This document shows, one piece after another, positions 46,516-55,895 of a DNA stretch of 64,000 bases (its first letter is position 1; each line of letters begins with the position of its first letter). Location: positions 1,344,001 through 1,408,000 of the forward strand of contig CAVTCS010000003.1 of the NCBI GenBank assembly GCA_963733295.1, written 5' to 3'. The position numbers and the translations under genes were made by a program. This stretch comes from Vulcanimicrobiota bacterium (GTDB taxonomy: Bacteria; Vulcanimicrobiota; Vulcanimicrobiia; Vulcanimicrobiales; Vulcanimicrobiaceae). The notes below the pieces were generated by a model. That model did not search any database, was not told where the DNA came from, and saw only the letters and a program-made list of their open reading frames with translations.

Positions 46516-47318
46516 GCCGGCCGCTTTTGCGGCACCCCGAGGAATCGCTCGATGGCGAGTGCGACGCCGTCGTCCGAGTTCGACGCGGTGACGTAACGAA
46601 CGCTCTCTTTAACTTCCGGCTGAGCGTTTCCCATCGCTACGCCTACCCCGGCCCAGCGCAACATCGGCACGTCGTTGCGCGAATCCCCCACGGCCAGCAC
46701 GCGTTCCGGCAAGATTTGAAAGTCGGCGCAGAGGCGCGCCAGCGCGTTGCGCTTCGAAGCTTCGCGGCTGAGGACCGCGCACTCCGCGAAATCGCCCCAC
46801 GTCTCATAGCGGAAGTTTAGCGGTAAATCACCGAACTCGCGACGCATCGCTTCGACCGAATCGTGTCCGAGAAAGCGGATGAACGTCGGCGCCTCGTGCA
46901 TGACGTCGCTGAAGCTCTTCGCTTCGCGCCAGTGCGGCCCGCTCATGTCTTGCATGAACGCGTGGGTCCCTTCGAGACGCCAGAACAGTTCCTCGTAGTA
47001 GATCGCGATCGAGAGCCCGGTGCTTTCGGCGAACTCGACCATCGGCTTCGCGTATTGTAATGGAACCGGCAAGTGCACCAGCGTGCGGTTCGCGCCGAAG
47101 TCCTTGGTGAGCGCCCCGTGACAGCAGATCACCGGCAAGTTGAGGTCGAGTTCGCTCGAAATGCGAATCGGAAGATCGACGCCACGCCCGGTCACGAGGA
47201 CGATTCGAACGCCGCTTTCGAGGGCGCGCCGGATCGCTTGCCGGTTGCGCTCCGAGACCCGTTCTTCGGGATCGAGCAGGGTGCCGTCGAGGTCGAGGGC
47301 GATGAGGTCGATGCGCAT
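46512..47318 (-). CDS. Cof-type HAD-IIB hydrolase
   Basis: DLDGTLL, VTGR, SKRNAL, VGDSRND, AMGNA, DGVA. Confidence 0.93.
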   Translation of the reverse strand: MRIDLIALDLDGTLLDPEERVSERNRQAIRRALESGVRIVLVTGRGVDLPIRISSELDLNLPVICCHGALTKDFGANRTLVHLPVPLQYAKPMVEFAESTGLSIAIYYEELFWRLEGTHAFMQDMSGPHWREAKSFSDVMHEAPTFIRFLGHDSVEAMRREFGDLPLNFRYETWGDFAECAVLSREASKRNALARLCADFQILPERVLAVGDSRNDVPMLRWAGVGVAMGNAQPEVKESVRYVTASNSDDGVALAIERFLGVPQKRPA

Positions 47319-47389
47319 GGGCGACGGGCAGCGTTATGGCTCGTTTGAGGCCGCTCCTTCGGGAGGCGCCGAACCGGACGCCGAGGCGC

Positions 47390-47395
47390 TATAAT
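47390..47395 (+). promoter_or_regulatory. Consensus -10 TATAAT 7 nt before ATG 47403 (leaderless)
   Basis: Exact TATAAT in GC-rich DNA, directly before an in-frame ATG. Confidence 0.55.
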
Positions 47396-47402
47396 GGCTC
47401 GG

Positions 47403-47801
47403 ATGGGGAAACGACTGACGACCCTCGGACTCGCGCTCGCCTTGTCGCTCGGCCCGGCCGAAGCTGCGGTTCCCGAGGGTTGTTCGAGCGATACGTTTTC
47501 GATCGACGGCTCGGCGCTCACGGTGCAGCTCTGCACCGGTGGACCCTTTGCGAAAGCGCCCGCGACGCCGAAGCCCGGCTCGGCCTCGATCGTCGAGACG
47601 TTTTCCACGCACGACGCTTCGTTCTCGCAAACGACCAGCGTCGAATATTTAGCCGGCGCCGAGGTTTCGCGCACGCTCGACGACGTTTCGCTCGCGCGCT
47701 TGGGAATCTCCAAGACGCTCCACCTGACGATCGCCTACAAGCCGGGCAGCGCGAAGCTCGAACACGCGCTCCTCATTCCGGGCGCCGTCGTTCTGAAATA
47801 A
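47403..47801 (+). CDS. Hypothetical secreted protein
   Basis: Signal peptide MGKRLTTLGLALALSLGPAEA; two Cys. Confidence 0.7.
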   Translation: MGKRLTTLGLALALSLGPAEAAVPEGCSSDTFSIDGSALTVQLCTGGPFAKAPATPKPGSASIVETFSTHDASFSQTTSVEYLAGAEVSRTLDDVSLARLGISKTLHLTIAYKPGSAKLEHALLIPGAVVLK

Positions 47802-47927
47802 CCCCGCTGCGCAACCAGAGGCGTCCCCGAGCGTTTTTAGGCGGTTTATGAGGCGTTTGTACATCGCCTTCTCGAGTGCGAAGATTCCCTACTGTAGCCG
47901 TCCAGGCCGAGGGGCATAGCGAGAGCC

Positions 47928-49361
47928 ATGGGCTGTACCGCGCTCGACCCGACGATGACAGGCCGCGACCAAGTGCTCTTCCTCAACGAACACATCCCGG
48001 CGGGCCTTTACGGAGGCGTCGGAGTCGAGGAAAGCCGGGTGGCCTGGAGGCTCTCCCCGCAGCCCTTCGGACTCGCGCCGGCCACCCTGGCAGCCATCGA
48101 ACGCCTCGGTCCCGACCTTCTCGCTTTCTACCGCACGCTAGGGGCACTTTACCAGCGTAGCGCTCGCGGCACCGCTCCGGCCTTCATCGCCGGGTACCTC
48201 GACCGTGGAAAACCCGAGTCGATCGTGAAGCTGGGCCGCCAAAATCGCTTCAAGAGCGAGGTACCGGGCGTCATCCGTCCGGATCTCATTTTGACCGATG
48301 GCGGCTTCATCGCAGCCGAACTCGACAGCATTCCGGGCGGCATGGGGTTCGTCGGGGCGATGGCACGCGCGTACTGCGAGCTCGGCTACGACACGATCGG
48401 CGACGTCGACGGAATGGCGCGCGGGATGTCCGCCATGCTCGCCGCCTTGACCGGAAAAGACAAACCGGTAACGGCGATCGTCGTTTCGCAGGAGTCGAAC
48501 GACTACCGCCCCGAGTTGACGTGGCTCGCCGGAGCGATCAGCGCGCTGGGTCTCGGCGAAACGTTCGTCTGCCGGCCCGAAGAGATCGTCTTCACCGAAG
48601 AGGCGCTGTTCGTCCGCTTGGAGGGTGGGCGCGAAGAAAAGCTCGACGCCATCTACCGGAATTTCGAGCTGTTCGACCTCTTCAACGTTCCCAAGCAAGA
48701 GTTGATCTTGTACGCGGCGCGTCACAACCGCGTCAAGATGACGCCGCCGCCCAAGGCGCACTTCGAAGAGAAACTTGCCTTCGCGCTCTTGCACCATCCG
48801 CTCTTGGCGAAGCTTTGGAAAGCCGAACTCGGCGACGCCTTCGAACGCCTCAAAGTCATCTTTCCGCAAACCTGGGTGCTCGATCCGCGACCTGTGCCGC
48901 CTCAAGCCTCGATCGACGGACTGCGCGCGGCCGGCGAACCGGTCAACGACTGGATGCAGCTCGTGCCGCTCGGCAAAGGCGAGCGCGATTACGTCGTCAA
49001 GCCTTCCGGCTTCTCCGAACTGGCCTGGGGTTCGCGCGGCGTAAAGGTCGCGAACGACCTCCCGAAAGAGGAGTGGGCCGCGGCACTACGGGACGGGCTG
49101 GCGGCCTTCGACCGCACACCGTACATCCTGCAGCGCTTTCACAAGGGCAAACGGGTCACGGCCCCTTATTTCGACCGTGCCAAAGACGATATCGCGACGC
49201 TCGACGGGCGAGTCCGCCTAACCCCGTACTTTTTCTCAACCGGCGACACCGTGCAGCTCGGAGGAATTCTCGCGACGATCGCTGCCGCCGACAAACGCCT
49301 GATCCACGGCATGGCCGACGCGATCATGTCGCCCTGCAACGTCGTCGAGGGCGGTTACTAA
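47928..49361 (+). CDS. Circularly permuted ATP-grasp / glutathionylspermidine-synthase-like ligase (putative)
   Basis: IRPDLIL....IAAELDSIPGG, IYRNFE, YVVKPSG...WGSRGV, YILQRF. Confidence 0.62.
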   Translation: MGCTALDPTMTGRDQVLFLNEHIPAGLYGGVGVEESRVAWRLSPQPFGLAPATLAAIERLGPDLLAFYRTLGALYQRSARGTAPAFIAGYLDRGKPESIVKLGRQNRFKSEVPGVIRPDLILTDGGFIAAELDSIPGGMGFVGAMARAYCELGYDTIGDVDGMARGMSAMLAALTGKDKPVTAIVVSQESNDYRPELTWLAGAISALGLGETFVCRPEEIVFTEEALFVRLEGGREEKLDAIYRNFELFDLFNVPKQELILYAARHNRVKMTPPPKAHFEEKLAFALLHHPLLAKLWKAELGDAFERLKVIFPQTWVLDPRPVPPQASIDGLRAAGEPVNDWMQLVPLGKGERDYVVKPSGFSELAWGSRGVKVANDLPKEEWAAALRDGLAAFDRTPYILQRFHKGKRVTAPYFDRAKDDIATLDGRVRLTPYFFSTGDTVQLGGILATIAAADKRLIHGMADAIMSPCNVVEGGY

Positions 49362-49365
49362 AAGG

Positions 49366-49497
49366 TCAGCGCAACTTCTGCAAGGCGGAAGCGAGTGCCA
49401 CGCCGAGCGTCGCGCCCAGCGTAAGTCCGATCGCGGCGGTGCCGAACGCCGCTGCGCCCGCACCGAATAACATCGCAAGTCCTATCTCAGCGTGCAC
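49366..49497 (-). CDS. Small hydrophobic peptide (43 aa), not in the ORF track
   Basis: MHAEIGLAMLFGAGAAAFGTAAIGLTLGATLGVALASALQKLR*; purine-rich GAAGGG upstream of the GTG. Confidence 0.5.
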   Translation of the reverse strand: MHAEIGLAMLFGAGAAAFGTAAIGLTLGATLGVALASALQKLR

Positions 49498-49634
49498 AAT
49501 CTCGCCCTTCGCAACGGTGCCTTTTGCGCTTCTATCGTCAGGCAGCGGGCTTTCGCTTAGGGAAGATCGGCGATTTCCGGAGGTTCGGTAGTGAGAGTCG
49601 CCATTCTGCGCGGTGCATCACAATCTCGAAAGAG

Positions 49635-50783
49635 CTAAACGAGCGTCTTCGCTTTCGCTTGGGCGACCACGTCGAGCAGTGCGTCGATGTGCGCGGCGGT
49701 GTTGTGCCCGTGCGGCGAGGCGCGCACTCCCGTCCGCCGGTACGTCGTGACGACGCCCTCGCGGCCGAGCGCGCGTCCCAGTTCTAACGGATCGACTCCT
49801 GCGAGCGTGAAGGTCACGATCCCGGAGGCGCGCCCCGGACTCCGGTCGCTGGCGATCTCCGCGCCTAGTTCCTCGAGGCCGCTCACCAAGCGATCGGTCA
49901 ATCCGAGTACGTGCCGCGAAATTGCCGCCGTGCCGGCTTCGCTGATGACGGAAAGCGACGCATCGAGGGCCGCGATCCCGAGATAGTTCAACGTGCCGCC
50001 CTCGAAGCGCGCGCCGTCCGGCGCCAACGCTTGATCGTACTCGAGAAAATCCCAGATGTCGGCGACGTCGCGCCAGCCTCGCCAGCGCACGCGCAGCTGC
50101 TCGCGCAGCGCCGAGTCGACGTACAGGAAGCTGACGCCCGGCACGGCCAGCAGCCACTTCGCTCCGCCGGCATAGAGCGCGTCGATGCCCTCTCGCTTGA
50201 CGTCGAGCGGGAAGGCGCCGAGTGCTTGAATCGCGTCGACGCAAAAGATTGCGCCGCGCGCGTGCACCACCGCCGAAAGCGCCGCGAGGTCGTGACGATA
50301 GCCGTCGGCGAAACTGACCCACGAAACCGCGACCAGGCGCGTGCGCGCGGTCATCGTCGCGTCGAGCAGCTCCGGCGTCATGCGCCGGCCCGGCGCGTCG
50401 ATGAAACGAACGACGACGCCCGATTCGCGCAGAGCGAGCCAAGGCATCGCGTTCGCGCCGAACTCGTTCGCGCAGATGACGATCTCGTCGCCGGGCCGCC
50501 AATCGAGACCGCGCGCGACGACGTTCGCGCCGTCGCCGGTGTTGCGCAAGAACGAAATCTCGCCGGCACCGCCGCCTATGAAGTCGCCGACGCGCCGCCG
50601 GAAGCGATCGAGGTGCATCTCGACGGAAAGAAAACCGAGCACCCCACGTTGCATCTGACCGTCGATCAGTTCGACCATCGCATCCCGCGTGCGGCGCGGC
50701 AGCAACCCGGCAGCCGCGTGGTTCAGGTAGGCGATGCCCTGCCCCGGCGCAAATTCTTCCCCGCGGAGCGGCGGCCGGTTCAG
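49635..50783 (-). CDS. Class-V PLP aminotransferase (cysteine desulfurase/kynureninase-like); CTG start proposed
   Basis: YLNHAA, VDAIQALG, GGAKWLL, RFEGGT, RASPH.HNT. Confidence 0.88.
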   Translation of the reverse strand: MNRPPLRGEEFAPGQGIAYLNHAAAGLLPRRTRDAMVELIDGQMQRGVLGFLSVEMHLDRFRRRVGDFIGGGAGEISFLRNTGDGANVVARGLDWRPGDEIVICANEFGANAMPWLALRESGVVVRFIDAPGRRMTPELLDATMTARTRLVAVSWVSFADGYRHDLAALSAVVHARGAIFCVDAIQALGAFPLDVKREGIDALYAGGAKWLLAVPGVSFLYVDSALREQLRVRWRGWRDVADIWDFLEYDQALAPDGARFEGGTLNYLGIAALDASLSVISEAGTAAISRHVLGLTDRLVSGLEELGAEIASDRSPGRASGIVTFTLAGVDPLELGRALGREGVVTTYRRTGVRASPHGHNTAAHIDALLDVVAQAKAKTLV

Positions 50784-51664
50784 GTCGATGTCGGTGCCGG
50801 GAGCGTGCCGAGTGACGCAGGCGACGAAAGCAGCGGCGTTTCGGTGAGGAGCTTCGCGCGCAGCGCGTAGCTTCCGGGTCCGGCGGTGGCGAACCCGGGC
50901 CAAACGTCGCTGAAGCTCAGCGTGGCGTGCGGTTCGAAGGTCAGCGTCGTTTCGGCTTGGATAAACATCTTACCGGCGGTCGAATCCCAAACTTCCGCGC
51001 CGTTGCGAAAGACCAGAAAAGCTACGTGCGCACCGCTCGCGAATGTCGCGACCACCGGCGTTCCCGAACCGTTTGCGATGTCGACGCGAACGTGCAAGCC
51101 CGCGGCGTCGACCGAACCGGAGGCGGTCAAGCGCAGTGCCTGACCGAGCGAAGGTTGTAACGCGCCCCCCTCGTCCGTGAGCGACACCTGCGGCGAAGGT
51201 TCGCTCGCGCTGGGCAAGGGCGTTCGCGGCGGCCTGACGACGATCTGCGCGACGTGCGTCTGCCGATTGAGATGAAGGCGCGCTCCAGCGAGGCGCACGG
51301 CGACGGTCGAAATGGGCAGGTAGATCGTACCGTATGCGCGGAACGGCGCGCCCGGCAGCGTAACTTGAGCGCCCGACACGCGGGCCGCGGTACGGCCGAC
51401 GTGAAAATCGCCGGTCGCGTGCTGGATCGTAAGATGCACCGCGTCGCCCGAATAGGTCACGAGTCCGTCGAAGATCCGCGTAGCGCGCGCGGCGTCGATA
51501 AAGACGACGCCGTTGCGCTCGAGCGCATCCGGCGTTTTGGACGGCAACATTCCCCGCGCGTTCAATTCGAGCGAGTAACGAACGTCCGCGGCCGCAAAGG
51601 CGGACGCGAAACCGAGCGCGAGCGTGAAGCCGGCGAAGAGAACGGCGGCGGGCGGAGTTCTCAC
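50780..51664 (-). CDS. Exported protein with a copper-amine-oxidase-N-like domain and a BsuPI-like Ig domain
   Basis: Signal peptide; APFRAYGTIYLPI; TFASG....V.RNG.EVWDS..GKMF.QA. Confidence 0.62.
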   Translation of the reverse strand: MRTPPAAVLFAGFTLALGFASAFAAADVRYSLELNARGMLPSKTPDALERNGVVFIDAARATRIFDGLVTYSGDAVHLTIQHATGDFHVGRTAARVSGAQVTLPGAPFRAYGTIYLPISTVAVRLAGARLHLNRQTHVAQIVVRPPRTPLPSASEPSPQVSLTDEGGALQPSLGQALRLTASGSVDAAGLHVRVDIANGSGTPVVATFASGAHVAFLVFRNGAEVWDSTAGKMFIQAETTLTFEPHATLSFSDVWPGFATAGPGSYALRAKLLTETPLLSSPASLGTLPAPTST

Positions 51665-51675
51665 CCGGCAGCCTG

Positions 51676-52311
51676 CTAGGCGGCTCCCAACATCTCCTTT
51701 GTATGCCAAGCGATGTTCTGGGCGCGGTCGCCAACGCGCTCCATGTTCGTGAGTACGAAGAGCATGATGGTCCCCGCGCGTACGGTGTCGGGATCCGCCT
51801 GCATCTCTTGTTGCAAAGCATCGATGCCGCGATGGTACAAATTGTCGACCTCGTCGTCTTGATCGATGACGATGTCGGCGGTCTTCTCATCGCCCTCCGT
51901 GTACGCGCGCATCGCTTCGCGCAGCATCTCGATCGCGATCGCGGAGATCCGGCCGATCTCGACGCGCGCCGGACGGATCGCGACGTCGAAGAGCTTGATC
52001 GAGTTCTTTGAGATCTCGACGGCGTAGTCGCCGATCCGTTCGAGGTCGGTAACGATCTGCAACATCGCCGAAACCTGGCGCAGTTCGCCGGCGACCGGCT
52101 GTTGACGCCAGATGATCTCGATGCACGACGCCTCGACCCTGCGACGTAAGGAGTCGACGTCGTCGTCGCCGGCGATGACGCGTGCCGCCAGCGTGGTGTC
52201 CCGCTTCTCGAGCGAGTTCACCGAGGCGAGAAGCGCGTCACCGACGAGCGCGCCGAGGCGCACGACGTCGAGTCGCGCCTGCTCGAGAGCTTCATGGTAG
52301 GCTGCCCGCAT
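51676..52311 (-). CDS. phoU: Phosphate signalling protein PhoU
   Basis: QQPVAGELR, DLERIGDYA, DDEVD, ERVGDRAQNIA. Confidence 0.94.
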   Translation of the reverse strand: MRAAYHEALEQARLDVVRLGALVGDALLASVNSLEKRDTTLAARVIAGDDDVDSLRRRVEASCIEIIWRQQPVAGELRQVSAMLQIVTDLERIGDYAVEISKNSIKLFDVAIRPARVEIGRISAIAIEMLREAMRAYTEGDEKTADIVIDQDDEVDNLYHRGIDALQQEMQADPDTVRAGTIMLFVLTNMERVGDRAQNIAWHTKEMLGAA

Positions 52312-52381
52312 GGGTTGTCGTTCTCCAATCGATTCGACTTGGCTGCGCTAGCCGGGCGTTTGGGCGGCAGCAATCCTCGCG

Positions 52382-52392
52382 AGTATAGCACA
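52382..52392 (-). promoter_or_regulatory. Extended -10 promoter (TGTGcTATACT) for phoU
   Basis: Identical to the element upstream of rpsB. Confidence 0.55.
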
Positions 52393-52431
52393 ATGCGAGG
52401 TGCGCTGAGGACCTACCCGGAAACCGAGCGC

Positions 52432-53220
52432 GTGAAAACCTACGAGACGATCGAGTCCGAGCGCGAGGGCGCCGTCACTCTCTTGCGTTTAAACCGGCCC
52501 AAAGTCCTTAATGCCCTTAACGTCTTAATGATTCGCGAGCTGCACGACGCGCTGAACGCGCTCGAAGCAGACGAATCGGTCCGAGCGGTCATCCTGACCG
52601 GTGCCGGCGAGCGCGCGTTTGCTGCGGGTGCCGACATCGGCGAGTTGAACGCGCTCGCGAACCCCCGCGAAGCGCACGAGTTCATACGCTTCGGGCAACT
52701 GGTGACGCTGCAGATGGAACGCGCGCGGTTCCCAATCCTGGCTGCCGTCAATGGCTTCGCTCTGGGCGGCGGCTGCGAACTGGCGATGGCTTGCGACATC
52801 CGGATCGCGAGCGAAAACGCAAAGTTCGGACAACCCGAAGTGAACCTCGGCCTGATGCCCGGCTACGGCGGGACGCAGCGCACCACTCGCTTGCTCGGCC
52901 GAGGCATGGCGATGTACCTGTGTTTAACGGGCGAAACGATCGACGCCGACGCAGCGCTCCGAGCCGGACTGGTTGAGAAGGTCGTGCCCGCCGCGGCTCT
53001 TTTAACGGAAGCCAAACGCATCGCAAACCTGATCGCCGAAAAGGCCCCGCTCGCGATTGCGGCAACGAAGCGCACGATCGAGGGCGGCGCCTCGCTTTCC
53101 GTCTCGAGCGGACTCGAAATCGAAGCGCTCAATTTCGCATCGCTCATCGCAACATCGGATTTCCGCGAAGGGACGAAGGCTTTCTTGGAAAAGAGGCGCG
53201 CCGAGTTCACCGGACGCTGA
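52432..53220 (+). CDS. Enoyl-CoA hydratase (crotonase family)
   Basis: LNRPKVLNAL, AFAAGADI, GFALGGGCELA, FGQPEV.LG..PGYGGTQR. Confidence 0.93.
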   Translation: MKTYETIESEREGAVTLLRLNRPKVLNALNVLMIRELHDALNALEADESVRAVILTGAGERAFAAGADIGELNALANPREAHEFIRFGQLVTLQMERARFPILAAVNGFALGGGCELAMACDIRIASENAKFGQPEVNLGLMPGYGGTQRTTRLLGRGMAMYLCLTGETIDADAALRAGLVEKVVPAAALLTEAKRIANLIAEKAPLAIAATKRTIEGGASLSVSSGLEIEALNFASLIATSDFREGTKAFLEKRRAEFTGR

Positions 53221-53263
53221 CCCGGGAAGGCCGCGGTCGCCTCGCTTGCCAAGAAAGGTGCCG

Positions 53264-54211
53264 ATGGCGACCCAGCGCGTCCCGTCGATCGTGCTCGACA
53301 GCCGGACGCTTCCCACGACCAACCGCAACGTCATCATCCAAGAAGCGTTCGACCGGCTTCCTTTGGGTGGGATTCTCGAGTTGCCGGAAGAGACCGACCC
53401 GCGCGCGCTGCGCAATGACTTCCTCCAGCATCGCCCGGGCCGCTTTTCGTGGGATGCGCGCAACCTGGGCTCGGGACGCTGGACGATCCGAATCGAGCGC
53501 GTCGACGAGCAAGCCGACGACGCGACCTTCCTTGCCCACTCGACGCCCTTTTCGAACGCGAAGGCGACGACGATTCGCGAATTGGCCGCAACGCTCAGCG
53601 AACGCAGCTACAAACAGGGCGAGACGATTTTCGATGAGGGCGAACTGTGGCCGTACCTCGGCTTCGTGCGAAGCGGGAAAGTCGTCCTGACCCTGCTCTC
53701 GCCCGACGGCAAGACTCATTCGCTGGGCGAACGGGTGGCGCAAGACCCGCTCAACGAATCCGGTACCTTCGACGGTGGCGGTTCGACGACGCGCGCCGAA
53801 GCGCTGACCGACTGCGCCCTCGTGCTCCTGCCGCAAGAAGCGGTCATGCACGCCTGCCGGAACGACGCCGAACTGGCGATCGGATTTCTGGCCGAATCCT
53901 CACAGGCGCGCCGCCGTTCGATCGACACGATCGCCGACCTCGCCTTCGCGCACGTCCTGCAACGTGTCGCGAAATTTCTCCTATCCTATGCGCCGGCGAC
54001 GACCGGCATGGCGCGTGGGCTCTCCGGCGTCGAAAACCTGTCGCAAGCGCAGATCGCCGCCGCCGCCGGTACGGTGCGCGACATGGCGGCGCGAGCATTG
54101 CTCCGTCTCAAGAACTCAGGTGCCGTGGAACTCGATCGGGGCCGCGTGCGCGCGCTCGATCGCGAGCGCCTCGAAGCCTTCGCTCACGGAGTGCAAGCGC
54201 CACCCGTCTGA
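53264..54211 (+). CDS. Crp/Fnr family regulator with an N-terminal DUF2249-like domain
   Basis: AAGG RBS; N-terminal LDSR.LP...AFDRLP.G...DPR.L....PGRFSW...G.GRW.I; cNMP-binding fold; C-terminal HTH LSQAQIAAAAGTVRD. Confidence 0.82.
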   Translation: MATQRVPSIVLDSRTLPTTNRNVIIQEAFDRLPLGGILELPEETDPRALRNDFLQHRPGRFSWDARNLGSGRWTIRIERVDEQADDATFLAHSTPFSNAKATTIRELAATLSERSYKQGETIFDEGELWPYLGFVRSGKVVLTLLSPDGKTHSLGERVAQDPLNESGTFDGGGSTTRAEALTDCALVLLPQEAVMHACRNDAELAIGFLAESSQARRRSIDTIADLAFAHVLQRVAKFLLSYAPATTGMARGLSGVENLSQAQIAAAAGTVRDMAARALLRLKNSGAVELDRGRVRALDRERLEAFAHGVQAPPV

Positions 54212-54222
54212 CCTCTGCGATT

Positions 54223-54780
54223 CTACGGTGCGACTTCGAGCGACTCGAGTTCCGCCGTTTCGGTCGCGGCGTCGAAAGCGACACGTTTGCTCTTCGCCGC
54301 GGCTTCAGCCAGAGGACCGCTGCCGCTCGCGGCCGCCTCCGCCCGCGGAACGAGAGCTTCTTGTCCTTTCTTGACCGACCCGAGCACGGTGGACAGGCGC
54401 ATCTCGAGATCGGCAAGCACTTGGCCTGCGTAAGCGTCGGCGCCCTGCCGGATCTTCCGCGCCTTCTCTTCGGCTTCGCGCAGGACGACCTCGGCGGTGG
54501 TCCTGGCTTGCCGGACGATGTCCGTTTGATCGATGAGCTGTGCCTGCGCGGTCGCGGCCTCGCTGACGATTTGCTGCGCCTTTTCTTGCGCGTCGCGGAT
54601 GACGCGGTCTTTGTTGGTCGCGATGACTTTGGCGCGGCCGACCTCCTCGGGCAACGTCGAGCGCATCTTCTCGATGTACTCGAGCAACCGTTCCTCGCTC
54701 AAGATGCGGTGGCCGAGCGGCAACCAGGTCCCCTCGCGGACGTATCCCTCAAGTTTATCGATGACGCGATAGATCGACAA
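54223..54780 (-). CDS. Coiled-coil protein commonly found after coaD (ATP-synthase-b/DivIVA-like)
   Basis: LPEEV..A, helical repeats, GADAYA..VL..LE. Confidence 0.72.
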   Translation of the reverse strand: MSIYRVIDKLEGYVREGTWLPLGHRILSEERLLEYIEKMRSTLPEEVGRAKVIATNKDRVIRDAQEKAQQIVSEAATAQAQLIDQTDIVRQARTTAEVVLREAEEKARKIRQGADAYAGQVLADLEMRLSTVLGSVKKGQEALVPRAEAAASGSGPLAEAAAKSKRVAFDAATETAELESLEVAP

Positions 54781-54782
54781 TT

Positions 54783-55292
54783 CTATTTCCTCCCTTGAGC
54801 GTGGCGCTTAGCGATCATGAACGACAAAACGACTTCGGGAACGTACTTGGTGATATCGCCGCCCTGCAGAAAGACTTCTTTGATGAGGCTCGAGCTTACG
54901 AACGAATAGGACTGGTCGGCCATCAGGAACATCGTGTCGACGCCGGACAGCGAGCGGTTCATATGCGCCGCAGCCATCTCGCTCTCGAAATCCGAGACGA
55001 CGCGCAACCCCTTGACGATCACGTCGGCGCGCGATTCCCGCACGAAGTCGGCCAGCAAGCCACGAAAGTGCGCGACCTGGACGTTCGGGTAGGGGGCGGT
55101 GCAGGCGCGCAACATCTCCTCGCGCTCCCCAAGCGAGAAGAGCGGCCCACGTTTCTGCGGGTTCACCACGACTGCAACCGTTACGACCGGGAAGATCGCC
55201 GCGGCGCGGTCGATGACGTCGAGGTGTCCGTTCGTCGGCGGGTCGAAGGACCCGGGATAGATCGCATGCTTTTGGTTGCTCTGACCGTTCAA
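54783..55292 (-). CDS. coaD: Pantetheine-phosphate adenylyltransferase
   Basis: YPGSFDPPTNGHLD, KGLR..SDFE.E, SSSLIKE. Confidence 0.96.
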   Translation of the reverse strand: MNGQSNQKHAIYPGSFDPPTNGHLDVIDRAAAIFPVVTVAVVVNPQKRGPLFSLGEREEMLRACTAPYPNVQVAHFRGLLADFVRESRADVIVKGLRVVSDFESEMAAAHMNRSLSGVDTMFLMADQSYSFVSSSLIKEVFLQGGDITKYVPEVVLSFMIAKRHAQGRK

Positions 55293-55831
55293 GATTCTAC
55301 AATCAAAAATTGAAGCGTCGCCTCGCCGTAGCGGGCTTCGCGAGCGGTCGAGAAGCCGGGACTCGCGAAGGCGGGCCCATCGCTGCGGTGCTCGTAGACG
55401 AGCACCGTCTGCGCGTCGATCGCGCCGCGTTGCCGCAGCGTTCCGAAGGTGCGGTGCGGCGGCGGGAGCGCGTACGGCGGATCGGCAAAGACGAAGTCGA
55501 AGCGGCCCGTCAAGCGTTGCGCGGCCTTCTCGACCGGGGAACAGACGACCGCCGCGCGTTCCGAAACGCCGAGTTGCTCGGCGGCGCGCCGGATCGCCGC
55601 TGCCGTCGGCGCGCGCAATTCGACGAAGGTCGCGTGCGCGGCACCGCGTGAGAGCGCTTCGAATCCGATCGCGCCGGTTCCGGCATATAAATCCAAAACG
55701 CGCGCTTGCGCGATGCGTTCGCCGACGATCGAGAAGAGCGCTTCCTTCGCGCGAGCCGGCGTCGGACGAATCTCGTCGCCGGGCGGCGTTCGCAAGATTC
55801 GGCTACGAAGCTCGCCGCCGCTGATTTTCAC
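55289..55831 (-). CDS. rsmD: 16S rRNA m2G966 methyltransferase
   Basis: RPT..RAKEALF, LDLYAGTG, EALSRGA, DPPY. Confidence 0.94.
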   Translation of the reverse strand: MKISGGELRSRILRTPPGDEIRPTPARAKEALFSIVGERIAQARVLDLYAGTGAIGFEALSRGAAHATFVELRAPTAAAIRRAAEQLGVSERAAVVCSPVEKAAQRLTGRFDFVFADPPYALPPPHRTFGTLRQRGAIDAQTVLVYEHRSDGPAFASPGFSTAREARYGEATLQFLIVES

Positions 55832-55895
55832 AACGGCCGTCCCAGCCCGCCAACCCGAAAGGGGCGAACGATCATGACGCGGGCTTCGCTACTCC

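Noticed and set aside
47649..47864. 71-aa minus-strand ORF MYKRLINRLK...
   Set aside because: It overlaps the 3' part of a better-supported plus-strand gene and shows no recognisable features.
47810..47870. Fluoride riboswitch-like sequence on the minus strand (AGGCGATG...CGCCT..AAACCGC)
   Set aside because: It lacks the conserved GCTRATGAC 3' part and the loop differs from consensus; no fluoride-related gene follows.
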